DNA of 63,176 nt, the filler included, from Intoshia linei (Eukaryota; Animalia; Orthonectida), in NCBI GenBank assembly GCA_001642005.1. It is 4 parts of 4 records of this genome, joined end to end, with 100 filler letters (N's around TTAATTAATTAA, not from the genome) between each part and the next. Parts side by side here need not be neighbours in the genome. Positions count along the whole stretch, not along the records: positions 22,850 to 52,734 come from LWCA01000375.1; positions 52,835 to 60,987 come from LWCA01001478.1; 2 more parts are not named here. One strand, 5' to 3'. The notes under the pieces are model-generated. The model saw only the letters and a list, made by a program, of their open reading frames with translations. It searched no databases and was not told the DNA's origin. Positions 41,593 to 59,929 of this stretch are shown here, in pieces; within the stretch, counting starts at the first letter, position 1; each line of letters opens with the position of its first letter. A program made the position numbers and the translations under genes.

Positions 41593-43188
41593 AAAATATT
41601 TTTATTGTATTTTCATTATTTTCTGAATCATCTATAATTAATAATTCATCAGCATTTCCAAGGTTAACCAAACTTTCAAACTCAGTGTGGATTTTTCTTT
41701 CAGTGTTGATAATTAGATTAGATTGAGTATTTATATGAGACTCCAGTTTTTTGAGTAGTGATGTATTAACAGTATATTTTAATTGTTTTTCTTTCATGTC
41801 TTTTAGCTTCGCAGTATTGTTTAATGTTAATTTTGTTATAATGTATGGGCCAAATTGCCGAGCACCTAATTTTCCTAACCGATTTTGGTATCGTTTTGAA
41901 TTAGTTTTTCAAACTATGTCGTTAACAATCAATGATGTTACGTTTCTTTTTTTATTATGATACTGAATGTTTTTTCTCCAGCCACTCTAATTGCCTCCTT
42001 TAATTGATCTGTTCTATTGGTTATGCTTTCTTCACTGACAATGTGCTCAGAAATACGACCTAATGTACCACAGGATGGGTGTTCCTATTCCACGGGAAGT
42101 TTAGGTTTTACATTAAAAACTACTTCATATGGAATTTCTTTGGTTGTACTATGTTTTCGTGTCCTTTATGCAAATAACACAGCATTAATGTATTCATCCC
42201 AATCATTTTTATTGTTAGAAACAAATTTCATTAATGATGTTACAATTGTTTGGTTCATTCTTTCAACTATACCATTCGTCTGAGGATGATACGCTGCTGA
42301 CCTTCGATAATCAGTATTTAGGATGGAAAGTATTTGATGTAATAGTTTATTATTAAATTCTTTGCCCTGATCAGATTGTAAAATTTTAAAAATTCCATAT
42401 CTGTAAATAATTTCATAAACCAGAATCTTCGCAATGGTATTAGCTTTTTTGTTTTTGATTGCGAAAACTTTTGGCCATTTGCTGAAATGGTCAGTAACAA
42501 CCATAATGTACACATTTTCGTTTTTTGCCTGGGGCAGAGGACCAACAAGATCGATTACTACCCTTTTCATGAACATAGAACTCTGTATTGGCTTAAGTTC
42601 AGTTATGATTTTTTTAGGAATATTACATTTGTTACATTGTACACAATTTGCTATTTTGGTTTTGACAAATTGACATATTGAATGAAAATAATATCTATCA
42701 TTAAATTTTCGAATTGTTGTTGTAATACCAAAGTGGGCGCCTTCTTTGAATGTATAAATAAAATCAAAAATGCTATCAATCTCTTTTTTTAAAACAATAA
42801 TTCGATGATTTCCAATTAGCATTTGTTGTTCCACGTAAGCATCATTATAGTCACCTTTAATATTATGAATAGTTTTATCATATTTAATGTTGATTATTAA
42901 ATTGTCGGTTTTGCTGTAGTACAGTATTTTAGGCAGGATATATTTCAGACGCAGCTTTTCTTTGGTAGAAACACCCTCAGGGAACATTTTAAAATGTAAT
43001 GAAATTTTTAACAAATCCTTCATATTAAGCATCTTAATTTTTTCTCTTATTTTGTATTTTTTTATTATATTAATAATTTTTGATTTTATTATAAACTAAT
43101 AATTGATGATTGTGAGGATACAATGTAATAAGGAATCCATACTAAAGATCAAGCACTCCACAACAGACCAACAATATCGATAGCAACA
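41593..43188 (-). mobile_element. Ginger-like (Gypsy-integrase-related) element, degenerate
   Basis: ORF 43032-42166 has HFG..CVQC and DLVG..SDQG..VER (DD35E), continuing through stops and a frameshift to FGPYII (GPY/F). There is no RT, RNaseH or gag upstream of its Met; a candidate TGT terminus lies at 43188. Confidence 0.75.
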
Positions 43189-43885
43189 TTATACTTATTA
43201 AATCATTTTTATTTATTAAAACAAACTTTAAAATTTTAATTTCTTTGATTTTACGATCGGTTTGTTATCGTATATATTTTTTTAAATAATTTTTTATTTA
43301 AATTTATGACAATATTTATGAATTTAAAATCTGTATCAGAGTGTATATTTTTTTAAATTCTAAAACTTGTTTAATTTTAAATAAAAAAAGGATAATTGGG
43401 GTTTTTGACTGTTAAGATGTGAAATTCTGAGATTGAAGTTTTCTTACTTTCACCCTCGGAAAAACTATAATAGAAATGTGGAGTTGTTAAAATTCTAAGA
43501 AATTAGTTATAGAAATAAACAATAACACACAAACAAAGAGTTTTATATAAGTAAAAATTATAATGTATACTGAGAAGGATAATAATAATTTTTATACATG
43601 TATATAAAAAAGTAAAAAGATTTGCACGTGTTAATAAGCAATAACTGAAAATTTAATGTTTAGTCTGTTGAAATTTGACATTTAATGAAACATTATACAT
43701 GCATTTAAATTTGGATTAATTTTGATGAAAATAACTAGCCAATTTTATTAAAACGCAACAAATGTGAAATATGATACTAAAATAAAGAGTATCTTAGCTA
43801 AATAGATGAAAAACATTCTGTAATTTACATGAGAATATACATTTTGGAAATAAATCGATATTTGTAAGCGAATTCATACAATTAA

Positions 43886-44857
43886 ATGTCATCCGCAGTA
43901 AGTACAATAATAATGCAACCAATAATAAATTTAGAGAAAAAATTTTATAAAAAAAAAAGATGATAGCCCTATACTAGGTCAAAAAAATGTCAAAAAACCA
44001 TCAACCCTAGAAAAAAACAAAACCAATGTTAATAGAAAATCTTCTAATGCAAAATCAATCGAACTGGAAACTCCAAAAGAAACTACCGCGCCAAAAGAAG
44101 TTTCAGAAGTTAAACTAGAAAGTGAACATTTAAAGAAAAAGGAAGTTAAAGATGTAAAAAAACCCAGACACACTAGTAATGTATTTGCCTTATTCAAACA
44201 AGTGCAAATTCAAGAATTTAAAGAGGTTACGTGACTATTAACGGTGCATTATGAATTTTAGGCTTTTACTATGATTGATCAAAATCGGGATGGTTTTATA
44301 GATGAAAACGATTTGGCTGCCATGTACGCAAATATAGGTAGTTTTTATAAAAAATACTCGTCACGTTAGCTTCAATTTAATCAATAGTCACCATCAATTT
44401 ATTTTGTCTCATTTTTTAGTTGCATTAAATGTTATATATACTATTATATAGGTCGCGACGCAGATCCAGAAACTTTACATCAAATGCTTAATGAAGCACC
44501 CGGTCAACTGAACTTTACAACCTTTTTAACGCTTTTTGGGGAAAAAATGCATGGAAGCGATTCTGAAACTATGCTAATGGATTCATTTGCCATGTTTGAC
44601 AAAGAAGGGAAAGGGAAAATTCCATTCAACTAGTAATACCCTACATTTAAAAGGATTTATACACTAATTTAGTTTTAAAGAATTACTAACGGAAGTAGGG
44701 GACCAATTTACTGAAGATGAGGTAATACAAATAAATTTAGTTTAAATTCATACATTTAAAGCTACGAAATACATTAAAAGACGCTCCAATCGACAATGAT
44801 GAACTGGATTATATAAAATTTGTGGAAACTATAAAACATGGAAATCAAGAAGATTAA
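43886..44857 (+). CDS. Myosin regulatory light chain with ~90-aa N-terminal extension, 6 exons
   Basis: MSSA|(37-nt intron)RKNFIKK..KKPRHTSNVFALFKQVQIQEFKE|AFTMIDQNRDGFIDENDL..|..MLNEAPGQLNFTTFLTLFGEK..|..GDQFTEDE|..LDYIKFVETIKHGNQED*. Confidence 0.93.
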
Positions 44858-44944
44858 ATGTTTAATAAATTTTACCAATTAAACATAACAATTAAAATTT
44901 ACTGAAACAAATAACATGATAAGATACAGTTATTCTATTAAGAC

Positions 44945-50119
<5,175 letters not shown>

Positions 50120-51529
50120 TTAAAATAAATGTAGGTATAAAATTGTGTAAAAATAGGATGGACGATATAAATAAATTTATATGGAATGCAAAGTGTAATT
50201 GTAGAATTTAATTTGACAAGTATTTAATTTACTACAGGCTAATGTTAACAAATTTAGTGGATAAATATTTTTTGCACTACAGAAACAATGACTACTAATA
50301 TTCACAACAAAAGAATACATGTAGTATAAATTTGCACAGCTATTTTACTATACCAAGCTAACTTTGACTGATAGATCAAATGCCTCAAAGTAATTGTATA
50401 ACTTACAGATTTTTATATACATTTATTTATTTTATAATTTTTAGTGTTTATTAAAAGTTTTATTGAAAGTTAAACAATTTATATAAATTATCAAAAATTT
50501 TAACCCCATTAACTTTCTTTGTTCTTGATATACTTGATTACATTTTTTTAAATTAAAAAATTTTTTTATTGTCATAAATGTGTAGTAATATTGTACAGTA
50601 TTTTATTTATATAATTATTTAATTATAATCGATATAAAATGCATTTAAAATTGACAGTAATCTCATCAATTACAAGTAGATTTAGGATAACGGCTAGCAA
50701 GGTACTTTTAGAAAATTTTAAATCTTGGATTTAAAAATTATTAATACAAATGTGTCATGCACAAATTTTTTAAATTACATTAAATACTCAATAAATGAGT
50801 CATACTTCAATAAAAATGACACATTGACCTGCTAGGCTTACTTGGTAAGTTTTCTAATTATAATTTTGAATTTACAAGTACAATTTGTACATTTTAAAAT
50901 TTTTTGATGATTATAATTAATGAAAATAAATAAATTAATGTAAATATGTTACATTTTAGCCTATTTCAGGTAGTGATTGTAATTTATCGGAAAATTTAAA
51001 AAGTGATAAATTAATTTACTTGTTAATTTGCAAATGTTAACAAACATGTTTTAAAACACATAAATTTTGATTTTTACGTATGAAGACCCGACTCGGGTCC
51101 CGTGTTAGTCATAGAATTCTACATAACCTTTTACTTACTTACCAAGTATTGTTCAGCATCACAGTTTCAATGAGCTGTAAAATTATATTAAATTTTTCGA
51201 TAAATCCCGAGAATATGACTGACACAATGCCTAATTGTAGGGAACTGGAAACTATTTGTACTGTATGGTTTTCCATATACAAATTTTGAAAGAGTTTTTT
51301 GTTAGATATTTATATTTTGATTATAAATTGTTTTTAACACGTTTAATCAATTTACATTTTATTTATTTTAATAATTCAAAGTTTCAAATTTATAGACATG
51401 GAAATGACAATTTTATAGAGTTTTTAAGGGAATATTTTTAACATTTTAAGGTATTTTTCCCAAAATTTTCTTCAAAATCTTTGAAAATTGGGTAAAAAAA
51501 ATGGTTACCTTAAATACCATTAAAAACAA

Positions 51530-52488
51530 AATATTTTGAAAATGAGAATTTGAGAATGAAAAATTGCGTAGCAATGAAAAAAAATTGGAAGGAATTAATT
51601 ATATAGATTTCCACTTATATTTCTTTATTGGAAATATATAGAAGTTCAATTCACATTTTTTTTGAAATTGTAGGATCAATATTTACATTTTCAATTTATA
51701 ATCGAATATTTAAAAAATATTGGTTGATAATATATTAAAAATTATTTTTCACCGGGAATGTGTAAATTTCTGGAGTTAAAATTTTGCATTTATATCAAAT
51801 TGAATAAGCTCTATCAGAATAATATTTTCTTTTAATTGTACGACCGTTAATTAATTCAAATGTTTTGTTTTAATAAAATAGTTTCGAAGTAAAAAAATGA
51901 ATATTAAAGTGCTTTTTTGGTCATAAAGACGTCACTTAATCAGATTAAAAATTTTTGAATGTGTTAACTGGATATAACTGTATCATCTGTAATTTTTTTT
52001 AAAATTATAGGGCTGTTTTTATTTTTAAAAAAAAGGGTAATCTGGGTTTTTAACCTTGAACATTACCTTTTGTGAGGTTACCATTTATGATAATGATTAT
52101 GAATTTATAAACTATTCCCGAATTTATGTTGTATAAAATTATAAGATTTCCTTAATTTCTACAAAAAATTTGTTGTTTTGGCCGTGAAGATATAAGATTT
52201 TGAAATTGAAAATTATCATAATATTGATGAATTTAAAACTTTTGATTAGAATGTGTAATTTTTATAATTCTAGGATGGGTTTGAATTTTAAAAAAAAAGG
52301 ACAATTGGAGTTTTTAACCTTGAAGGACTTAATTTCTGAAATTAAAATTTGCGATAAAACAACACTCTGGAAAAAAAGTAATAAGAATATGGAATTTGTA
52401 AAATTCAACTCCCCTTAATTTCTTAAATAAACTGGAACAAACAAACAAATATACATTTTTAACAATTTTACTTCATATAAGTAAGGGT
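51530..52488 (-). repeat. Helitron-like family copy
   Basis: Shared internal blocks; the terminus ATATAAGTAAGG is at ~52486. Confidence 0.72.
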
Positions 52489-53080
52489 ATGCAACTTTAT
52501 TGATATTATCCATAGCACGTATCCGTAGTCGAGTAATGATAAAAAACGAAAGGAATCAATTGAGATTAAAATAGTGTCCAGATTTTATAAGTACTAAATA
52601 AGTACTTTTCGAAATGTTTTAGAAACAAAAAGAACAATAAAATTTGAATTAAAAGTTCTAACAATTTAAAATATGAAATTTAAATGTTAATTTTATTGGT
52701 ATTTATCATTGCAAATTATTTTTTTACATAATTCNNNNNNNNNNNNNNNNNNNNNNNNNNNNNNNNNNNNNNNNNNNNTTAATTAATTAANNNNNNNNNN
52801 NNNNNNNNNNNNNNNNNNNNNNNNNNNNNNNNNNCATGATTTGTACACTTACTCCATTTTTATTGTTTCATATTTCATTTTATAAATTCAAATTATTATA
52901 AATTAATTAAATTTGTTAGTTTTAAAATAATTTTTTGAGTAAAGACTTTTTTGTGTGGCCCGCGTAATATTTTTTTTTCACATTCGGCCCGCCAAGCACA
53001 TCAAGTGTGACACCCCTGATCTATACATTTACTGCCTATTGCCTATAGGCAAGCTGTGTTTATAGCAAGTATTTAATATA

Positions 53081-53295
53081 CAGTGAAACCGTTTTATAAA
53101 CAAACCCCTCTATAAACAAATTATCATGTTTTTAAAAATATGTCAATCCTATATAATTTGTTTATTACATTTTCACATATCAACAGTTTACGTTGTATGA
53201 AATATTTATAACACTTATCACGCTTTTTTGATACTCAAAAAAACAAATTAGTTGTTAAATTTTCAAAATCGTATGTTTATAAAGAGGTTTCACTG
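53081..53295. mobile_element. pogo/Tigger-type MITE
   Basis: TA|CAGTGAAACCGTTTTATAAACA ... TGTTTATAAAGAGGTTTCACTG|TA. Confidence 0.85.
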
Positions 53296-53856
53296 TATTA
53301 CCTTAAAACTTCTTAAATATTTTGTAATTTGAATGGAATTTGATTAAAGTGGACCCAATTATATAGTGTATATAAAATTATTACAAAATTTCAATTTTTT
53401 TCATTTAAAGTGGATTTACAAAATTTTCACAAATATATATTCAAAATAATATATAAATTATATACCTTTTTACGCATCTGTTTAATAAAAGTATATATGG
53501 ATCGGTTAACGTTTTCATAAAATGGAAATTAAAGTATAATTATTTTAGTAATACAATGATATTGTATTTTTAAAGTAATAAATGTCGTGGGCCCCGAAAA
53601 TGCAAAAAATATTTATATGTAAATATTTTTTTCATCATGTTATATGCTTTAATTATTAAATTTAATTTATTAATTTTATATAATTATTTATTGTATTTTT
53701 AATTAGACAGTTTTTAAAAAAAATTAAAAAAGTGGATTTCTACCTTAAGGGTTGATAACTTTGGCTTTGTTCTTTCACGAGTGGATTAAGTGATTTTTGT
53801 AGTTATAAAGAGTGTAAAATTGAACATTTGTATAAAATTTATATAAAAAAATTTAG

Positions 53857-56800
53857 ACACTGAAAATACTGACCTATATTTCACTACAGATGGAACAAAA
53901 CCAAATCCTTATAAATTAAAAGTAAACGGTAAAGAAGTTACATTTAAATATGTTGGACCATTTTTACTAAAAAATGGGAAACGAACCGTAAAAGCAATAG
54001 CTATAAAATAGTAATCATATATGTTTTATTACAATTTATTTAAATTCATAAATTAATTATTATGATAATATATTATGTAGTATTTATATTATTTGAATAT
54101 CTTAAATTGAATATATTAATAATGATTTTAGCGAGGAAGACATACTAAGTAGCGTAACGACAAAAACGTTTGTTGTAGGAAACCAAACTTTAGAAAAATC
54201 CAACCCTAAACAACAACTTGTATCGCAACCACAATATGATGTACTTTTATATGATGGGGATTTCATTACTACGCACAGGATAACTTTAGAAATTTATGAA
54301 ATATTTATAAATTTACCCAGTACCATAAAAGACTTACATGTACTGAGAACCTAAAAAATAAACCATGTTTCTTATTCAATTGGCTACAAATCATATTTAT
54401 GACACACACTCTGTGTATGAACAGTGCATTGTTCATACATTTAATTATTTAAATTTAAATGTAAACAAAATGATTATATATTTAACCAAAATATAGAATA
54501 GCTTTACTGGACTTCAGAATACCTTATAAACTTTTTAACGTGATTTAAGACTTGTTTGGTTTCAATGTGAGAGGGTTTTTTTCACTAAAATGTCGCACAT
54601 GATATTAGTATTACTTATCATTTTTATTATTTCTTATAGAATCAATCATTTTCAAAACCGAGAAGAATAAATAAAAATGAAGTTAAAGCAACGGTCGAGG
54701 AAAGTAAAAATAACAACTGTTTAGGTAAATTATTTAGGTTTATATTTTCAAAATAAGCAAGTAATCTTAAAAGCCCTTAACCATCCACCTCGAACTAGAG
54801 ACTTGGAAATACAAAACTAAAACAATTTGTCAACCATTTAAATACCATTAATCCAGTGGTTCTCGATTGGGTCCAGGACCCTTGAGTATCCAAAACTATA
54901 TGCCTGGAGGTCCCAGAATATTGACATTTTATTGTTTTTTTTTATCTTCAATTTTAATAATTTTATTTCAATTTGAATAATCGAATTTACTTTTGGCTAT
55001 ATTTATAATAATTTAAATTACCACATTAGAAATGCAACCAATTAATGCATCCATAAACTTACCAGATGGTCCATTCACAACAACAAATTATTCTGGGACT
55101 CAAATAAATGTATGGGGTGTTTCTCCGCATGCTATATATCCGTTTGGGAATGGTCAAAATAATTCACAATTTAATGAAAACACTGAAGGGTAATTTTATT
55201 ATACTGGGTAATCTCTTTTGTATATTTTTATAATTTGTATTAACTACATCTACATCTGCAGAAGGCAGATGTTTCCATAAATAATCACATTCTTAATATC
55301 GACATTTTGCCAAAATATTAATGGCAGTATTTAAATCAAGGGTTCCCTAACTCATTTTGTCTACCTCCACTTTTCAGCAATATATTTTTAACACCCTCTT
55401 GAAAACATTTTCGACTACGTATTATAATATGTCTTTATAAATTTACTCAATAATTATATATGTCAATTAATATTTAATCCCCTGGGCGGGCGATATCGCT
55501 AACTTTGGGAACCCCTTATTTAGATATAACGTTATATCCAATAGATCATAGATACGGTTAATACGTATGAATAATAAAACAGTAAAATAATTATAAAATT
55601 TAAGCATAGTAACGGTATTGAGGAATGACGACAGGCGTTATTTTAAATAATTTTTACAGCTAAAAATCATTTTTAAATTTTTTTTATTTTTACAAAAATT
55701 TCCTTAAACTAGTCTTTTCAAAGTTGCGGTTGGTTTATAATATTATCGGATCATATCTGTTTTTATTATTCTTATAATTGACTATGTTGACTGTTATGTA
55801 CTACGTACAAACAGCACCTAGCTCTGCCGAGGGCACATTTTTATTATACCAAAAAAATAAATTCACGTTGAAAATCTAACTTAAAAAATCCTACCATTGT
55901 ACTACTAAAATGGGAATTTGAGAATGAAAAATTGCGTAGCAATAAAAAAAATTCTGAAGGAATGAATTATATAGATTTTTACCTATATTTCTTTATTGGA
56001 AATGGGTATACGTTCAATGCACATTTTTTTGAAATTGTAGGATCAATATTTACATTTTCAATGTTTATTTTAATCGAAATATTTGAAAAATATTGGTTGA
56101 TAATATATTTAAAACAATTTTTCACCAGGAATAAGTAGATTTTTGAGGTTGAAATTTTGTATTTATATCAGCTGAAATAAGCTCTATCAGAATAATCGTT
56201 TAGTTTAATTTTCGGACAGTTAATTATTTCACATATTTGTTTTAATAAAATATTTTGGAAAAAAAAATATATGAATACTAAAATGCTTTTTTGACCATGA
56301 AGTCTTCACTTATTCGGATTGAAATTTTTTGTGTGCTGTGTTAACAGGATACAACTGTACCACCACCTGTAAATTTTTTTATATTCTAGGGCTGTTTTCA
56401 TTAAAAAAAAAAGGGTAATTTGTGGTTTTGGCCGTGAATATTTAATTTTTTTAAATTTAAATATATGATAATGTTTATGATTTTCAAATTTGTATCAGCG
56501 TATATATTTTTTTAAATTCTTTAACTTGTTTCATTTTCAAAAAAAACAACAATTGGAGGTTTTTGACCCGTAAGATGTGAGTTTGGGAGGTTGAAATTTA
56601 TCTTATTATACAGTTTTTGACCCGTAAGATGTGAAATTGGGAGGTTGAAATTTATCTTATTATACGGTTTTTGACCCTTAAGATGTGAAATTGGGAGGTT
56701 GAAATTTATCTTATTATACGCGGAAAAAAACTGTAATTGAAATGTGGACTTTATACAATTCTATGACTGGTAGTTATTGAAATAAACGATAACACACAAA

Positions 56801-59800
56801 AAAATATTACAAAGCATATTATATAAGTAAGGATTAGAGTGCTCAAAGAATTCTTTTTTTTACAAATTAAATTAGATTTTAATTTTGAAAAACATAACAT
56901 AGCATTTTTATTACGAGTAATTTTTTTATAACTACACAACTTAAAATAAACCTTGGTGGCGCAAAACCGTGAAAATGGCAAGTGTCACATAGACCGGTAT
57001 AAAATGATGAGCGTATATTAAAATTACCCACTATGTATTACACAAACATATACAATGTACATTGTACAAATGTTTACATTTATATGAGTGAGAATATTTT
57101 TAATTTTTTTGTGCTATCCTTCATAAGACAATAATTATTTTATTACATTTAATATTAGGTGTGCTGATATAACTAATGCATTATTGAAAACTCCAATATC
57201 TAATACACCTAAAACTGAATCTGTAACTCGAGAAGAGATGGAATCAATGATGAATAATTTTATGGATAAAGTTAAAAGTCAGAAACAGGAAAAAGTAAAC
57301 ATTATACCCGCAAAACCAATTGAAACAAAATTTTCGCCGATGATGGAGGATAAATGTGAAGGAAAAGGTTTTAATATTTACCATATTTTGGTCAAAACCG
57401 AAAATATATGCTTGAGCTTCTCCGAAACCCAAAATAGGCCACTGACCATGACCATGGCAATTTAAATTTGATACATAAAACGGTTGATTTTGAAAAATAT
57501 TATATTTGTAAGTGCTCACTGGGCTCAGTTGGAACAATGGTGATCCCATTATGCTAACATTTAGTCGAGACCCCGAAAATTTATTGCTCGACCTAGAATG
57601 AAATATTATTATATCAATTTAACTAGATTTGTTCCAAGTTATGAGTCACATATGGGCACACACTGAAAATTACTGTGGAAAGAATACAAGTTTTCGAACT
57701 AATTTTTCTACTTTAAAAATAGGAAAGGTTTGTAATTGCATATAGAGTATATTAAACACTATATAAAATACAGTAATGTATATTAACTATGATGATAAAA
57801 AAAGGCGATAATTTTAGAATATTTTTGAAGAATAATATTGAATAATAAATTATTCAACAATAAAATAATCAATAAAATATATAAAAATCAATAAAAAAAT
57901 AATTTATCATTTTAATAGAATATCAGACAATTTATTTTAGTTATTAAATGCATTTGTGAGTAACGAAACAAATGGATTAAACATAAATTTCCGATTTGAA
58001 AGTTTTAATAAACCAGCCAGAAAAGCTTCAATCGTACAACAAACACAAGTTGCACCACCTAAACCAATTTCAGTCAAAAAAGTTGAAAAACCACCAGTGA
58101 GAAAAATCAGCATAAAACCGCCTCCAGCAGAAGCAAATAAAAAGAAAATTGTTGGTCGTAGATCTTCCATGAAGGACAAAAAATTGGAAGCAGACAAAGC
58201 GTATCTTGAAACAGAGGAATATGAGGTTATTTAATTAAAATTTGAACATCGAATTTGATGTATTAAATATTTTTAAACCTTTTAAATTATCTTGTATAGC
58301 AAGCTGGTACACTAAAGTCCTGGGAATGTTTTAATTCTGAAAGAGATGCAGAATTGCTTAGAACCTCAATGAAAGGAATTGGAACTGATGAAAAACAAAT
58401 TATTAACATTATGGGATATCGCTCATTTGATCAGAGAGCTGAGGTGGTAGAAATGTTTAAAACTTTGTTTGGAAAGGTATATATATATAATAATATCTAC
58501 AATAATATTTGATTAATGTAAATTTTTATATTTAGGATTTGATTAAAGAATTGGAAGGTGAATTGTCTGGGAATTTTGAAACAATTTGTACTGCACTTTG
58601 TTTGAGGCCGGCAGAATTGGATGCAAAATATATATATGATTCCATTAAAGGTCTTGGAACAGATGAAGATTGTTTGACTGAAATTTTGTGTACTAGGACT
58701 AATAAACAAATAAAAGTCATAAAAGAAGTTTATGAAAAAAGTAACATTATTCATTTCGAGAAGTGGAAGGGGTTTTTTAAATGTTTATGGAATTAAATCG
58801 AATCATTTTTAGTTTTAAGTGTAACGTAAGTGTGATAATTATATAAATATCTAGAATACAAAAATAAATTGGAAAGTGACGTAAAGGAAGATACGAGTGG
58901 ATGTTACAGAAAAGTCTTATTGTCTCAAGTAGCAGCCAACCGTATAGAAAATCCAGAGTTTGATAGAACTGCAGCTAAGAACGATGCAAAAAAATTGTAT
59001 AGTGCTGGAGAAGAAAAATGGGGAACCGATGAATCCGCGTAAATAATATAATTAAAATTAAAATGATTTAATTAATTAATTTACAAATACGATATTTTTC
59101 ATAGAATTCAGTAATGATTACAATTGTTGTGCATATTTCACATGAAATAACATTAATTATTCATTTTTAGATTTATAAATATTTTGTGTAAACGCAGTTT
59201 TCCTCATTTGAGAGCAGTTTTTGAAGAGTATACTACTGTATCTAAAAAAAATATGTTAGAAGCAATTGATAGTGAATTTTCTAAGGATATTAAAACTGCA
59301 TTAAAAACAGTTGGTAATTTTAAATTCACTCTTACAATGCTTATACTAAAATCTACAGTCTATTTATCCCTGTCCGCGATTTTAAGATAATGATTCTAAA
59401 GTTTGTCATGTAGCCCATGTTAGGGTCAAATGAAAATATTTGAGACACAGGAAAAATTATAGTATATGATTCACATAAATATATGTTTATTTATATTATT
59501 ATAATACCTGATAGTTAATAAAAATGTGTTCCTAATTAGTGGCCACTGGCCACGATTCAAGGTTTATACACTTTAAAATGTTATTAGGTTAAGAAATGAT
59601 AAATGGTCCATAAGTACATAATTCTTATTAATTAATTGTAATCTTTAATTACATTATACAATTATACAATATGATAATATTATACAATGTATAATATTAT
59701 GTATAGTACGAGTGATACAGAATAAGCCTGCCTATTTTGCGTATAAATTGAACAAAGCAATAAAAGGTATGGGCACAGACGATGACGCTTTGGTACGTAT

Positions 59801-59888
59801 TGTAATATCTCGATGTGAAATTGATATGGTTCAAATAATGGATTCTTTCCAAACTCAATTCAATGAACCATTATCCAAATGGATTGAG
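53857..59888 (+). CDS. Annexin with long N-terminus beginning in a DZANK1-type (CHB_HEX_C/Fn3-associated) domain; first and last exons not seen
   Basis: Twelve phase-compatible exons from DTENTDLYFTTDGTKP..FKYVGPFLLKNGKRTVKAIA to four annexin repeats (MKGIGTDE, IKGLGTDE, KWGTDE, IKGMGTDD..ISRCEIDM). The annexin core (58300-59888) is certain; its linkage to the upstream exons is inferred. Confidence 0.8.
55337..55517. mobile_element. hAT-type MITE
   Basis: AAGGGTTCCCTAAC / TTTGGGAACCCCTT ends with ATTTAAAT / ATTTAGAT flanks. Confidence 0.65.
55801..56833 (-). mobile_element. Helitron-like copy with both termini and an internal deletion
   Basis: Both termini match 46359-47636 (TCCTTACTTATATA; GCCCTCGGCAGAGCTAGG..GTACGTAG|T). 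Confidence 0.72.
56560..56720. repeat. 3 x 54-bp tandem repeat inside the Helitron-like copy
   Basis: TTTTTGACCCGTAAGATGTGA..GGGAGGTTGAAATTTATCTTATTATAC, with GACCC at 56565, 56619 and 56673. Confidence 0.92.
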
Positions 59889-59929
59889 GTACATGTTTAA
59901 ATGTTAGATATTTTTAAATTATATAAATC

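Noticed and set aside
41751-42681. Several + strand ORFs (41751, 42017, 42434, 42487) and the - strand 42318 ORF
   Set aside because: Antisense or alternative-frame shadows of the integrase.
42166-43032. Domesticated GIN1-like host gene
   Set aside because: The frame is broken by stops and a frameshift before the GPY motif, and there are no introns.
56560-56720. Regularly spaced repeats resembling a CRISPR array
   Set aside because: Head-to-tail 54-bp units with no unique spacers, inside a eukaryotic repeat, and no cas genes.
57937-58754. Minus-strand ORFs over the annexin (also 43979 over the light chain and 49822 + over Smad)
   Set aside because: Antisense shadows of real exons.
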